Shown one piece after another: positions 28,636 through 39,417 of a DNA stretch of 64,000 nt. The stretch covers positions 64,001-128,000 of the forward strand of contig CBDUPA010000018.1 of the NCBI GenBank assembly GCA_965368975.1, read 5' to 3'. This DNA comes from an uncultured bacterium. GTDB lineage: Bacteria; Acidobacteriota; Thermoanaerobaculia; Multivoradales; JAHZIX01. The translations under genes were made by a program, and so were the position numbers. The notes under the pieces are model-generated. The model had not been told where the DNA came from and did not search any database. It saw only the letters and a list, made by a program, of their open reading frames with translations. How positions within the stretch are numbered: position 1 is the stretch's first letter; each line of letters starts with the position of its first letter.

Positions 28636-30315
28636 TCAAGGCTGGCGGCGGAAGCGTCCGCTCAGGCGCCCCGTCCAAGTGCGCAGTTCCGGCAGGTCCA
28701 GCCACCAGGCCAGCAGCAAATAGCCACTGGCAAAAACTCCCAGGATGACTGGACCGCTGGCCAGGATCGGCCAGGGCGGCAAGAACCACCACAGCAGTGC
28801 CGCCGGCAGCGTCGCGGCGAGCGCCAGCGCCAAGAGCTTGCCGACGACCGCTGTCGGCAGTCGGAATTCCGGTAGCCTGAGGCGCAGCGAGCGACTCAGC
28901 AGCGCGACTTCGAGCCAGGCTCCGACCGCTGAACCCAGGGCCAGCCCGGGGGCCCCCAGGAACAGCATCCGCTCCTCGTCCGCGAGATCGAGGCGCAGCA
29001 AGTCGGCGACGGCGAAGCGGTCGAGCCAGTACATTGCTGCCGCCCCCACAACCGCGGCGACGGCGACGCGCATGCCCGCAATGCGCGCCGGCGTCTTGGT
29101 GTCGCGCAGGGCAAAGAAGAGATTCTGCAGCAGGCGCGACGCCGCGCTGCCGGGCAACCCGAGCGTGTAGGCGCACAGCACCAGATAGACCAGCCAGTTG
29201 TCCTGCAGCCCGAACTGGCCGTGGCGGAACATGACGCCCACGAGCAAGAAACCGAAAGCCAGATAGCCGATAGTCGTCGGCGCCACCAGGAAGGCGATCT
29301 GGCGCAAACCCACCTGGCTACGCTCGACCAGCTTGCCTCGGGCCTCCGCGTCTCCCGCCCCCTCGCCAGCGCCACGCGCCCGGGACAACTCCGGCAACTC
29401 GGCCGCCGCGACCGACATGGCGAACAGGCTGATCGGCAGCGCGTAGAGGATCGAGCCCCAACGAATCGCGCCCAGCGCCCCCACTGCCAGCAGAGTCGCC
29501 AGCAAGTGGTCGAGATAGAGTGACAGTTGCACAACCCCCCGCCCCGCCAGCGCCGGCCCGAAGGCGCGCAGCACGCCGCGAACCCCGGCAACTCGAGTCG
29601 AGAAGGAGAGCCGGAAACCGCGCAGCAGGCGTGCCGCTGACGGCACCTGGACGAAGAACTGCAGTCCCCCCCCGATCAGCGCTCCGAAACAGGCAGCGAA
29701 CAGCACCCGCGTGCGTGCCGCATCGCCGGCACCGGCCGTCAACCAGGGACCGCCCGCCCACAGCACGGCCGCGATGACCGCGGCGTTCCACAGGACCGGT
29801 GCGAAGTACGGCAGGAAGAAGCGTCGGTGGCTGTTGAGCACACCTAGCGTCCAGGCACTGAGCACCAGCAAGCCGGTCATCGGGAAGATGATGCGCACCA
29901 TCGAGACCGCCAGCTCGAAGCGGTCGACGGTCAGCTCACCAGCGGCTACCGCTTCGGCGTCACCAAGGTAGCCGGCGGCGAAGATCGCCACCAGCGGCCG
30001 CGCCAGCAGAATGCCGAGCAGCGTCAGAAGCGCGGCGAGCGCCAACAGCAGGCCGAAGATGGCGCCGGCCAGCCGGCCTGCCTCTTCCTCCTTGCCCTCT
30101 TCGAGCAGGCGCGCGTACGCTGGGATGAAGGCTGCACTCAGGCTTTGCTCACCGAGCAACACCTGCAGCGCGTTGGGAGCCCGGAAGGCGGTGGTCAGAA
30201 CGTCCGCGTGCGGGCTGACACCGAAGCTGAACGCCAGCACCTGCTCGCGGATCAGCCCGGCAATGCGGCTGGAGAAGATGCCAGCAGCGACCTGGACGGC
30301 CCGATTCTGGCTCAC
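28636..30315 (-). CDS. murJ: Lipid II flippase MurJ
   Basis: SRIAGLIRE, AFRAPN, LSAAFIP, LNSHRRFFLPYFAPVLWN, ALRDTKTP. Confidence 0.93.
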   Translation of the reverse strand: MSQNRAVQVAAGIFSSRIAGLIREQVLAFSFGVSPHADVLTTAFRAPNALQVLLGEQSLSAAFIPAYARLLEEGKEEEAGRLAGAIFGLLLALAALLTLLGILLARPLVAIFAAGYLGDAEAVAAGELTVDRFELAVSMVRIIFPMTGLLVLSAWTLGVLNSHRRFFLPYFAPVLWNAAVIAAVLWAGGPWLTAGAGDAARTRVLFAACFGALIGGGLQFFVQVPSAARLLRGFRLSFSTRVAGVRGVLRAFGPALAGRGVVQLSLYLDHLLATLLAVGALGAIRWGSILYALPISLFAMSVAAAELPELSRARGAGEGAGDAEARGKLVERSQVGLRQIAFLVAPTTIGYLAFGFLLVGVMFRHGQFGLQDNWLVYLVLCAYTLGLPGSAASRLLQNLFFALRDTKTPARIAGMRVAVAAVVGAAAMYWLDRFAVADLLRLDLADEERMLFLGAPGLALGSAVGAWLEVALLSRSLRLRLPEFRLPTAVVGKLLALALAATLPAALLWWFLPPWPILASGPVILGVFASGYLLLAWWLDLPELRTWTGRLSGRFRRQP

Positions 30316-32144
30316 ATCGAGATCGACCCTTTGCGAAAGTCGGTCTTCCCCAAGAGGACATTGACCAGCACCGGGGAGCCTTCCTTCGCCAGCCGCTTGG
30401 CCTCAGCAAGGACGGAGGGTAGCTCGCTCTCGTGCTCAATCTTCAAACCCTTGGCCTCGACACGCTGGCTGGCACCGTCCGACGCGCGCTCGGCGCTGAA
30501 CGCCTCGACCACGCGGTGGTAGTCGGTGCGTTCGAGAATGCAGCCGACGTCGTCTTCCAGGATCTCGATCTGCTCGCGCAGGATCTGCATCCAAGCACCA
30601 TCGTTGCCGACCACCGCGATCACCGGGATACCGTGGCGCACGAAGGTGTCGAACTCGGCGATCGTGTAGCCAACGGAGCCGTCACCGTAGAGGATCCAGG
30701 TTTCAGCCTCTGGGCGGCAGAGCTTGGCGCCGAGGGCGAAACCAGCACCAACGCCGAGAGTCCCGAAGGCGCCCGGGTCGAGCCAGCGCAAGGGGCCCCG
30801 CGGCTGGACGATGTAGGCGGCGGTACCAACGAAGTCCCCACCGTCGGCGATCAGCACGCTATCGTCGTCGAGCACGTCTTCGAGCGCTCGGCACACCGCC
30901 AGCGGGTTGCAGTTGTCGTCCGCCCCACCACCCGAGGCGGGCGCGCTCGCCTGTTCGGCGATCTGGGCGTTGCGCTCATCATCGCGCTGGCGCAGACTGG
31001 CCAGCCAGTCGCTCCACTCGTCGCCGTCGCGCTCCACCTGGCCCGCCAGCGTCTCGATGAAGAGACCGGCATCGGCACGGATGCCGAGGGTCGGCTTGCG
31101 GTTGAGCTTGAGATCCTGGGCACTACGGTTGACCGAGATCAAGGCGGCGCGCGCGTTGATGCTGCGGCCGTAGTCGAGCCGGAAGTCGCACGGGAACCCG
31201 GCCAAGATAACGACGTCAGCTTCCTTCAGCGCCAGCTTGCGCTTGTGCCGCAGCTGCAGCGGATGGTCCTTGCCCAGAAGACCGCGGGCCATGCCGGCCA
31301 GGTAGGTGGGCACACCCAGGTCGGTGATCGCGGTGGCCAGACGAGCGGCGGCCTCGGGACCGCCGAGCATGGCCTGGCTGCCGACCACCAGGACCGGTCG
31401 CTCCGCCTTGGCCAGGAAGCCAAAGGCCGATTCGAGGTCGGCCTCGCGCGTCTCGGGACGGTTGACGCATCGCGCTTCGGCATGCGGCACGATGTCGCAG
31501 GCGCCGGCGAAGAGCTTGTTCAAGTGCCGATCGACGTACCATTTCTGCAGTCGCTGCCCCAAGTTCTTGGGCTGCTGCCCTTCGCCCTGGAACGGATAGA
31601 GGCTGCGCACGGCTGGTTCGTCGTAGAGAAGATCGACCGGGCACTCGACGAAGACCGGCCCGGGCACATCGGCTTGGGCGACCAGCAGTGCCCGTTCGAT
31701 GGTGGGGACCAGGTCGCGCACACGACGCACGGAAGTGGCCCACTTGGTGTGCGGCTTGAACAGGGCCAACTGGTCGATGTCCTGCAACGAACCACGCCCC
31801 ATCAGCAGGGTCGCGGTGGCCCCTCCCAGCAGCACCACCGGTGACTGCGCCAGCTGCGCATTCTTGATTGCGGTGATGGTGTTGGTGACACCGGGCCCGG
31901 CGGTGACCGCGGCGACGCCCGAACGGCCGGTCAAGCGAGCCACGGCATCGGCGGCGAACACCGCGTTGACTTCGTGACGCACGTCGACGACGCGGATACC
32001 CAGCCGCTTGGCGGCCACCAAGATCGGCGAGATGTGACCACCGCAGAGAGTGAAGAGAAACTCGGTGCCCTGGTTCTTCAGCACCTGGGCGATCAGCTCA
32101 CCACCGTTCGGGCTACCGCCCGCCGCCACCGCATCTTGGCTCAT
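30312..32144 (-). CDS. Thiamine pyrophosphate enzyme, acetolactate-synthase-like (ILVBL/2-hydroxyacyl-CoA lyase type)
   Basis: [26 protein letters not shown] motif GDGS...ND. Confidence 0.85.
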   Translation of the reverse strand: MSQDAVAAGGSPNGGELIAQVLKNQGTEFLFTLCGGHISPILVAAKRLGIRVVDVRHEVNAVFAADAVARLTGRSGVAAVTAGPGVTNTITAIKNAQLAQSPVVLLGGATATLLMGRGSLQDIDQLALFKPHTKWATSVRRVRDLVPTIERALLVAQADVPGPVFVECPVDLLYDEPAVRSLYPFQGEGQQPKNLGQRLQKWYVDRHLNKLFAGACDIVPHAEARCVNRPETREADLESAFGFLAKAERPVLVVGSQAMLGGPEAAARLATAITDLGVPTYLAGMARGLLGKDHPLQLRHKRKLALKEADVVILAGFPCDFRLDYGRSINARAALISVNRSAQDLKLNRKPTLGIRADAGLFIETLAGQVERDGDEWSDWLASLRQRDDERNAQIAEQASAPASGGGADDNCNPLAVCRALEDVLDDDSVLIADGGDFVGTAAYIVQPRGPLRWLDPGAFGTLGVGAGFALGAKLCRPEAETWILYGDGSVGYTIAEFDTFVRHGIPVIAVVGNDGAWMQILREQIEILEDDVGCILERTDYHRVVEAFSAERASDGASQRVEAKGLKIEHESELPSVLAEAKRLAKEGSPVLVNVLLGKTDFRKGSISM

Positions 32145-32560
32145 GTGCGTAGCTCCAGGACGTGCTGGTCGAGAACAAAGCACTGAAAACTGCCGCTGAA
32201 AACCTCGTCCTCGCCGCGCCAGACCTTCACGTTGACTTGCCGGCGACGCCCCTCGGCCCGGCCTTCGAGCCGGGCTTCTGCGCGCACGGCCTCCCCCACC
32301 CGGACCGGCTTCAGGAAGCGAGTTTCCGCGGCTCCGAGAACAACGTAAGGATGATTCACCGCCAGCATGGCGGCATAGTCCGCCAGGCCGAAGAGGAAGC
32401 CACCATGGACCAGCCCGTGGCCATCGACCGTCATCTCGGCATCGGTCTGCAGCTCGACGATAGCGACATCGGTCGCCAAGTCGACAACCCGGCCACACAG
32501 TCGTGGACTGGTGGCCAGGTGCGTGCGCTGCATCCGGTGATGGCCCGAGTCGCGGATCAC
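32141..32560 (-). CDS. PaaI-family hot-dog thioesterase
   Basis: GLVHGGFLFGLADYA and FLKPVRVG. Confidence 0.85.
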   Translation of the reverse strand: MIRDSGHHRMQRTHLATSPRLCGRVVDLATDVAIVELQTDAEMTVDGHGLVHGGFLFGLADYAAMLAVNHPYVVLGAAETRFLKPVRVGEAVRAEARLEGRAEGRRRQVNVKVWRGEDEVFSGSFQCFVLDQHVLELRT

Positions 32561-34188
32561 TCCTCCCCCATGTGCGGGTAAGCGATGTCGGTCGGCGGCA
32601 CGAAGGTCTCCTTCATCGAGCGCTGGCTGGTCCAGCGCAGCAGGTTGAGCTTCGAACCAGCCTTGTCGTTGGTGCCTGAGGCGCGCGAACCGCCGAACGG
32701 CTGCTGCCCGACCACCGCGCCGGTGGGCTTGTCATTGAAGTAGAAGTTGCCGGCGGCGTGCCGCAGCGCGTCGGCCATGTAGACCAGGGCAGCGCGATCC
32801 TGCGCGAAGATGGCGCCGGTGAGCCCATAATCGCTGGTGGTGTCGCACAGACGGAGCGCCTCGTCCAGGTTCGCGTCGTCATAGACGAAGAGAGTCAAGA
32901 CCGGGCCGAACAGCTCTTCCTGCATGAGGCGGAACTTCGGATCGGTGGTCACCACGACGGTCGGCTCGACGAAGTAGCCGGTCGAGTCGTCGCAACCGCC
33001 ACCGATCACCACTTCTGCGTCGTCCGAGCTGCGCGCGTACTCGATGGCACCGGACAGCTTGTCGAACGAGCCCTGGTCGATGACCGCGGCCATGAAGTTG
33101 CGGAAGTCGAGCGGCGACCCCATCTGGATGGCGCCGACCAGCTCTTTGAGCTCGCTCTCAAGCTGCGGCCACAGCGAGCGCGGGATGTAGCCGCGCGAGG
33201 CTGCCGAGCACTTCTGGCCCTGGTATTCGAAGGCACCACGCGTCAGTGCCACCGCCAGCGCCCGCACGTCGGCCGTGGGATGCGCGAAGACGAAGTCCTT
33301 GCCTCCGGTCTCACCGACAATGCGCGGGTAGGTACGATAGTTGGCGATGTTCTCGCCAATGGTGCGCCACATGCCCTGGAACACCTCGGTGGAACCGGTG
33401 AAGTGGATGCCGGCCAGGTCGGGCTGTGCCAGCACGGGATCGCCCACTTGACTGCCCGAGCCCGGCAGGAAGTTGATGACACCGTCCGGCAGGCCGGCGG
33501 CCTGCAGCAGCTTCATCAAGTAGTAGCCTGAGTACACCGAGGTCGAGGCCGGCTTCCACAGCGCCGTGTTCCCCATCAGGGCTGGCGCCGTCGGGAGATT
33601 GCCGGCGATCGAGGTGAAGTTGAAAGGCGTGACGGCGAAGACAAAGCCTTCGAGCGCGCGGTACTCGGTGGTGTTCCAGACACCCGGCGACGACAGCGGC
33701 TGCTCCTCGTACATCTCGCGCAAGAAGCCCACGTTGAAGCGCCAGAAGTCGATCAGTTCGCAGGCGGAATCGATCTCGGCCTGGAACACCGTCTTCGACT
33801 GGTTGAGCATGGTCGCGGCGTTGATCGTGTCGCGCCAGGGCCCCGCCAGCAGGTCGGCCGCCTTGAGGAAGACCGCGGCGCGCGCCTGCCAGGGCATCTC
33901 CGACCATTCCTTCCAGGCCTGGGCAGCAGCAGCGGCGGCTTGACGTACCTCGGTCTCGCCGGCCTTGTGGTACGTCGCGAGGACGTGACCGTGGTCGTGC
34001 GGGCAAACGCTCTGGCCGGTGTTGCCAGTGCGCACTTCCTTGCCGCCGAGGATCAGCGGAATGTCGATCTGCTCGGCCGACATCTCGGCCAGCCGTGCTT
34101 TGAGCGAGGCTTTCTCCGGGCTACCGGGAGCATAGGATCGGATGGGTTCATTGACCGGCGTCGGTACAGACAGGATGGCGTTGGACAT
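32557..34188 (-). CDS. pruA: L-glutamate gamma-semialdehyde (P5C) dehydrogenase
   Basis: NEPIRSYAPGS, EIDSACELIDF, ETGGKDF, YQGQKCSA, QPFGGSRASGTNDKAG. Confidence 0.95.
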   Translation of the reverse strand: MSNAILSVPTPVNEPIRSYAPGSPEKASLKARLAEMSAEQIDIPLILGGKEVRTGNTGQSVCPHDHGHVLATYHKAGETEVRQAAAAAAQAWKEWSEMPWQARAAVFLKAADLLAGPWRDTINAATMLNQSKTVFQAEIDSACELIDFWRFNVGFLREMYEEQPLSSPGVWNTTEYRALEGFVFAVTPFNFTSIAGNLPTAPALMGNTALWKPASTSVYSGYYLMKLLQAAGLPDGVINFLPGSGSQVGDPVLAQPDLAGIHFTGSTEVFQGMWRTIGENIANYRTYPRIVGETGGKDFVFAHPTADVRALAVALTRGAFEYQGQKCSAASRGYIPRSLWPQLESELKELVGAIQMGSPLDFRNFMAAVIDQGSFDKLSGAIEYARSSDDAEVVIGGGCDDSTGYFVEPTVVVTTDPKFRLMQEELFGPVLTLFVYDDANLDEALRLCDTTSDYGLTGAIFAQDRAALVYMADALRHAAGNFYFNDKPTGAVVGQQPFGGSRASGTNDKAGSKLNLLRWTSQRSMKETFVPPTDIAYPHMGEE

Positions 34189-34458
34189 GGTTGGAGCGTC
34201 CTCCTCTGCGTCGGCGAAGCAGCCGCATCTCAGGACACGGCCGCGGGTGGTTCGTGGCTACAAGTGGTTCCGGCGGACAAGTCGTGGCAGTCGTTCCACG
34301 GCATCGGAGCGGGCTCGCTAGGCGTGCACGCGGAACGCCGAGATGGTAGCAGAAGACGGCCATGCGCGTGGCTTCCGTGGCCACACTACACCTTGGTTCG
34401 CAACACTTGGTTCGCAACGTCGCGACTGCACGCCGGCCCCCCTCAGGGCGAGGCACTA

Positions 34459-36012
34459 CTACTCCGAGGGCGACGGCAGGAAGGGCTTGTAGGTCAAGAG
34501 CCACAGGTCGGCATAGTCTCGCTGCGCGCGCATCCGCAACAACTCCAGCTGCCGCACTTCGGCCAGATCTCCGGCCTGGTCGATCAGGTGGTAGATGTGG
34601 TGCTCGTACTGACTGACGTACGCCCCGGTCAGGCGCAGCGTCTCGCGCGCTCGGGCAAAGGTCGGAGAGTCGCCCGTCACCGAGGTCTCGTCCATCAAGG
34701 TACGGATGTCCTCGGCATCCTGGCACAGGCGCACACGGGCCGAGGCGCCCAAGCGGACCATCAGTTCCAGGTCTGAATCGGTCTCCTGCCCCTCGCGCCG
34801 GAAGGCGATGACTTCGCGCGTCTCCAAGCGAAAGCGGTAGATCTCGGGACTGAGCGTTACCGACTCGACGCTGGCCGCCTCACTGGTCTCCTCCAACGCC
34901 TGCTTGATCTCCTGGTACGCATCGCGCAGGGCCGGAGGAATCGCCAGCGTGCCCGGCCGCTCCAGAACCTGATCGAGTTCCAGCTCGGCCATCCAGCTGC
35001 CGTCGGATAGGGGGGCTGGTTCCGGCTCGACCTCGGTCAGTCTCGGCATCAGCTCGCGCATGCGGTCACGCAACTGGGCCAAGTCCTCCAACCGCACTTC
35101 GGAACGCGACAACCGACGCTCGAAGACCTCGACCTCGCGCTTGAACTCTTTCAGCTCGGCTTCGAGCGCTCGACCAACCGGCTCGGCACGCTCGCGTTCG
35201 AGGTCGAAGATGCGCTGGTACTCGGAGATGATGCGCTGCTCTTCTTCCCCATACAAGCGCTGGATGGTCTCCTTGAAGGCCAGGTTGGTGGCCAGGATCG
35301 CCAGCTGCAATTCCGGATGAAACACCAGCATGCCGAGAGCCCGTTTGCGCTCCCGGTACTCGTTGACCAGCTGGCGCTCGTGCAACTCGTCGAGACTGCT
35401 GACCTCACGTAAGCCCAAGCGCAGGCTTTCGATCGCCTGCCGCTGCTGTTCGACCTCGTCCGGATTGGGTGCAGGCACCCGCAACAAGGCCCACTGAGCC
35501 TGGAAGATCTCGCGCAGGCGACTGGCTTCTTTGAGGCTTCGCCGGCCGCTGGGCCCCGGCTCATCCTCCCCCAGGCGTGAGAGCAGGAAGTCGACCTTGT
35601 CGAAACGATCTGGGCTCCACAACTTGTCACCGCAGGCGTAGAGGTAGAAGCGCACCAGCTGCGTCAGAATCCGCTCGTCGTAGTTCTTGACCCTTTGGAA
35701 GAACTGCCGCACGAGATTCGGGGAGATTCTGCTATCCTCCTCGAGAAGATACGCGGTCAACTGGCCGAGCTGATCTTCAATGTCCGCCATTCGCTTCTGA
35801 ATCTGCTCGGAACCTGCGGTGTTCAAGTTGGCGGACAGATCCTTGAGCTGAGAATAGACGTCTTGGAATCCACGACCTTGCTGCACCTTCTCCTCTTCGA
35901 AGAAGATCTTGCGGATACTCTGGACAAATTGCTGGAACGCCCAGCTTGCCCGGAATCGTCCGGACAGCTCAACGTACCGCTGGTGTGCGGCGGCTAGTTC
36001 GGTGACTGACAT
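34459..36012 (-). CDS. Hypothetical helical/coiled-coil protein (~517 aa)
   Basis: Long ORF with genome-like codon usage and no recognisable motif. Start placed at MSVTEL. Confidence 0.7.
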   Translation of the reverse strand: MSVTELAAAHQRYVELSGRFRASWAFQQFVQSIRKIFFEEEKVQQGRGFQDVYSQLKDLSANLNTAGSEQIQKRMADIEDQLGQLTAYLLEEDSRISPNLVRQFFQRVKNYDERILTQLVRFYLYACGDKLWSPDRFDKVDFLLSRLGEDEPGPSGRRSLKEASRLREIFQAQWALLRVPAPNPDEVEQQRQAIESLRLGLREVSSLDELHERQLVNEYRERKRALGMLVFHPELQLAILATNLAFKETIQRLYGEEEQRIISEYQRIFDLERERAEPVGRALEAELKEFKREVEVFERRLSRSEVRLEDLAQLRDRMRELMPRLTEVEPEPAPLSDGSWMAELELDQVLERPGTLAIPPALRDAYQEIKQALEETSEAASVESVTLSPEIYRFRLETREVIAFRREGQETDSDLELMVRLGASARVRLCQDAEDIRTLMDETSVTGDSPTFARARETLRLTGAYVSQYEHHIYHLIDQAGDLAEVRQLELLRMRAQRDYADLWLLTYKPFLPSPSE

Positions 36013-36150
36013 TCTCGGATACTCCCCATCGGCAGGCTCACGGTCAACTGGCTCCCGAGCCTCATCTCGAAGCGACGAATTCAGGTGCTCAGTTTCGATG
36101 TGTCCAGTCTCAACGCATCTTCGATCCTCTATTCCTTGAGATTCTAGACG

Positions 36151-36687
36151 ATGACTCAAAGCGTACCGCATTCTGAGCCGAAGGTGCTCATTTCTCAGGA
36201 AGAACTTCACCGCCGCGTGCACGAGTTAGCGGCGCAAATCGAGGACGACTACCGGGACTCGAAAGACCTCCTGTGCATCGGCGTCCTGAAGGGTTCGATC
36301 TTCTTCCTCTCCGACCTGCTGCAGCACGTGCGGCTACCCTGGAAGGTCGATCTGCTGCAAGCCGCCAGCTACGGATCGAGCAAGGTCCCCGGCGAGGTCC
36401 GCATCCGCAAAGACGTGGATATGCACGTACGGGGACGGGACATCCTGCTGGTGGAAGACATCGTCGACACCGGCTACACCCTGGCGACCGTGCTCGAGTT
36501 GATGCGCTTCCGCAAGGCGAACAGTGTCAAACTGTGCACCTTGCTCGAGAAGCCAGAGCGCCGCGAAGTCGAAGTCCCGATCGACTATTGCGGCTTTCAG
36601 ATCGAAGACCGCTTTGTCGTCGGCTACGGCCTCGACTACGATGAGCAGTACCGCAACCTACCGTACATCGGCTATCTCGATGACTGA
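36151..36687 (+). CDS. hpt: Hypoxanthine phosphoribosyltransferase
   Basis: VLKGS, LLVEDIVDTGYTL, FVVGYGLDY..YRNLPYI. Confidence 0.95.
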   Translation: MTQSVPHSEPKVLISQEELHRRVHELAAQIEDDYRDSKDLLCIGVLKGSIFFLSDLLQHVRLPWKVDLLQAASYGSSKVPGEVRIRKDVDMHVRGRDILLVEDIVDTGYTLATVLELMRFRKANSVKLCTLLEKPERREVEVPIDYCGFQIEDRFVVGYGLDYDEQYRNLPYIGYLDD

Positions 36688-36726
36688 ACTCGGACTCTTG
36701 ATCCGAGCCGCCAAGGAGGAGCACTC

Positions 36727-37104
36727 ATGAAGTTCCATCACACCGACGACGCCCCCGCCGCCATCGGCCCCTACTCGCAGGCCGTCGAGATCGACGGTCG
36801 TCTCTATACCTCCGGTCAGGTCGCGCTAGTTCCCGGTACAACGGACCTGGTGGGGCGCGACTTCGAGAGCCAGGCCAAGCAGGTGCTGGCCAACCTCGAA
36901 GCCGTGCTGGCGACCGCCGGCTGCACCTTCCAGGACGTCATCAAGTCCACCATCTACGTCACTGACCTGGGTAACTTCACCAAGCTCAACGACCTCTACG
37001 CCGAGGCGATGGGCGACCACCGCCCGGCCCGCTCGACGGTGCAGGTGGCGGCTCTGCCGAAGAATGCGCTGGTCGAGATCGACCTGATCGCGCGCATTCC
37101 TTGA
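36727..37104 (+). CDS. ridA: RidA/YjgF-family reactive intermediate deaminase
   Basis: APAAIGPYSQA, SGQ, RPARSTVQVAALP, VEID. Confidence 0.92.
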   Translation: MKFHHTDDAPAAIGPYSQAVEIDGRLYTSGQVALVPGTTDLVGRDFESQAKQVLANLEAVLATAGCTFQDVIKSTIYVTDLGNFTKLNDLYAEAMGDHRPARSTVQVAALPKNALVEIDLIARIP

Positions 37105-37152
37105 CACCGAATCCCCGACCGCGGGCTGGCACGCCCAGGCCACGGGGGTAGC

Positions 37153-39417
37153 TCAAGGGAAAGGCTGCAGCGCGAACCAGAGGTCCAGGTCATAGCGCGG
37201 CTCGAGCGTTTCGGACAGGACGTGCTCGGGAAGCTGTGGCTGGGCGGCGTAGGGTTCCAGGGTCAACTCGACTTCGGAACCCAGCGCCGACTTGGTGATC
37301 GACAATTCTTCTGCGTCGAGGATCACCCAGTGTACGACGCGCAGTAGCTGCTCATCGTTCGTAGCGCTCGCTTTGCCCTCTCCACCGTCGAGCCAGCGGA
37401 GGACACGGTACTCGTAGATCGCCAGCGCGTCGACATAGGGCGCGATCTCGTCCAGCGTTGGCGTCGCGGACTTGGCGACCAGCTCGGCGACCACACGGCG
37501 GGCTTCGACCGAGGGTCTGCCGGCACGTAGCTGAGCGTAGGTCTCGGCGTGGGCGCGGACCTCGGCCTCGTCGAGCAGACGGCCGTAGATCGCGACGCCC
37601 TCGAGGCTGCCCGGCCATGGACCGAACTGCAGCCAGCCGGGCGCGGACTCTCCGGCCCTCATCGGTTGACGCCAACGGAAGAAGTCGCGCTGGAGTCGAT
37701 CGCTGTTGAGCACAGGTTCACCGTCCAGATAAGCGCGCAGGCGGCCCGGTGTGTAGGTGAAGGCAACGTGATGGACCTGGCCGGGCGTCAACTCGACGAG
37801 CGAAGCGGTCTCGAGATTGGGGCCGAGTTGTAGCCGCAATTCGAGCTGGCGGTCGCGCTGGTGCAAGGCCAGCTTCGTCTGCCCGCCGCGTCCTAGCTGC
37901 ACGAGGACTCCCGAGTTTTCCACGTCCTTCGCCGGCTGCCATTCCGCCGGTAGCGGCTGGACTGTCAGCTCGACGCTCAACTCGTTGCGGTCGCGTGCCC
38001 CGGTCAAGACCTGCTGCGCCCACTCGGCACCTGCCGTGAAACGCCCGCCGGTCAGTTGCAGGCGACCTTGTCGGTCCAGGTGCGCCAGGTCACTGGCGTC
38101 CAGATTGACACTGCTCTCCAGGGCCGGTTCACTACCCCGACCGGAAGCGCCGACGGTCAGGGGCACGAGGTTGGACGCACTCGCGCTCTGCCACAGCAGC
38201 AGCAGGTCTCCACGCGTCGTCGGCCAGGCGATCGAAGCATCCTCGTTGACTGTGCCGGGTGTCTCGGAGGCATCGCGTGACGGCGGCGAGCGCGTCCAGA
38301 TGTCCGCGTAGTTCTCCCCTGCCGCGGGCGGTGCCAGATGGACGTCCGGGTAGCGATCCGACCCCGGATGCTCGGTGAGCCGCAGCGGCGCGGCGAGTAG
38401 CTGCAAGGTCGAGGGATCGACGGGCGCCACGAAAATGTCGTAGTTGGAGGCGTAATGATCGTGGCCTCCCGGCGAAGCGGCGAAGGCGAGCAGGCGGGCG
38501 TCGCGCGACAGCATCGGGAAGTAGGTGTATCCCTGCCCCGGCAGACGCGAGTCATTCTTACGCAGCAGGGTGGTCGACTCGCGGCTGTCGAGCCTCATGG
38601 CACGCAGCGGACCGCCAGCACCATGCACCCACAAACCCCAGTGGCCATCACCCGAGAAGTAGGGCTCACAGCCACCCAGTTGCCGACGTTCGGCAATCCT
38701 TCCAGACCGGTTCTCGCCGTCGGCTGCTGGCTGAAAGAGAGAAAAACTCGGCACGCCGGTCGTGGCGTAGCGCAGCGTCGGATCGATCAGCCAGCCCAAC
38801 TCGGCATCCTGCTGGTCGACCAGGATGCGGGCGGCGCTGGGCTGTCCCGCCAAGTGACGCTCGACATCGAGCAGCAAGGTGCGTCCCTGAGCATCGAGAT
38901 AGATCAGTTCGTGCTCGTTGCGCCAAACCGCCGCGCGGTGTCCACGGCCGTAGGTGCGAGCGGCCCTGCTCAGCACGCGCGGCGGGTTGCCTTCGCGCAC
39001 CAGATCAGAGTCGAGATCCAGCAGCAGCAGGGTGCCGGCGACTTCACGCCGGGCATCACGTCCGCGCGGGACGGCGCGGCTGAGATAAACCAAGCGCCGG
39101 CCGCTGGGCGAAAGGTGTGGGCAACAGTGCTGCGCGGGGCCTTGCTGTCGAGTGCCTGGACCGTCGCTCTCCGAGGCACCCTCGTCGGGCGTCAGCTGAC
39201 GCAGGCCGCTACCATCGAGCCGCCGGGTCCAAATTCGCCAGTCGCCACCGCGCGCGGACTCCCAGACAACGAAGCCCGCGCCCAGCTGCTGCGAACCCAC
39301 GGCTTGGCCCGTCGGCTCGGGGTCGTCCACGCCCTGTGGCCCCTGAGTGCAGGCCGGCAATGCAACCAGCCCCAATGCCAGGACCAGGGCCAGCAGCGCC
39401 TCAGTGGTTGCGCTCAC
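37153..39417 (-). CDS. Lipoprotein with TolB-like beta-propeller and LamG-like domain
   Basis: Lipobox LPAC; WESARGGDWRIW, YDIFVAP and DRYPD repeats; HHVAFTY..LRAYLDG (LamG-like). Confidence 0.7.
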   Translation of the reverse strand: MSATTEALLALVLALGLVALPACTQGPQGVDDPEPTGQAVGSQQLGAGFVVWESARGGDWRIWTRRLDGSGLRQLTPDEGASESDGPGTRQQGPAQHCCPHLSPSGRRLVYLSRAVPRGRDARREVAGTLLLLDLDSDLVREGNPPRVLSRAARTYGRGHRAAVWRNEHELIYLDAQGRTLLLDVERHLAGQPSAARILVDQQDAELGWLIDPTLRYATTGVPSFSLFQPAADGENRSGRIAERRQLGGCEPYFSGDGHWGLWVHGAGGPLRAMRLDSRESTTLLRKNDSRLPGQGYTYFPMLSRDARLLAFAASPGGHDHYASNYDIFVAPVDPSTLQLLAAPLRLTEHPGSDRYPDVHLAPPAAGENYADIWTRSPPSRDASETPGTVNEDASIAWPTTRGDLLLLWQSASASNLVPLTVGASGRGSEPALESSVNLDASDLAHLDRQGRLQLTGGRFTAGAEWAQQVLTGARDRNELSVELTVQPLPAEWQPAKDVENSGVLVQLGRGGQTKLALHQRDRQLELRLQLGPNLETASLVELTPGQVHHVAFTYTPGRLRAYLDGEPVLNSDRLQRDFFRWRQPMRAGESAPGWLQFGPWPGSLEGVAIYGRLLDEAEVRAHAETYAQLRAGRPSVEARRVVAELVAKSATPTLDEIAPYVDALAIYEYRVLRWLDGGEGKASATNDEQLLRVVHWVILDAEELSITKSALGSEVELTLEPYAAQPQLPEHVLSETLEPRYDLDLWFALQPFP

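Noticed and set aside
36151-36687. hpt as a functional partner of the deaminase (inosine salvage)
   Set aside because: It is ~19 kb away in a housekeeping context, with no evidence of linkage.
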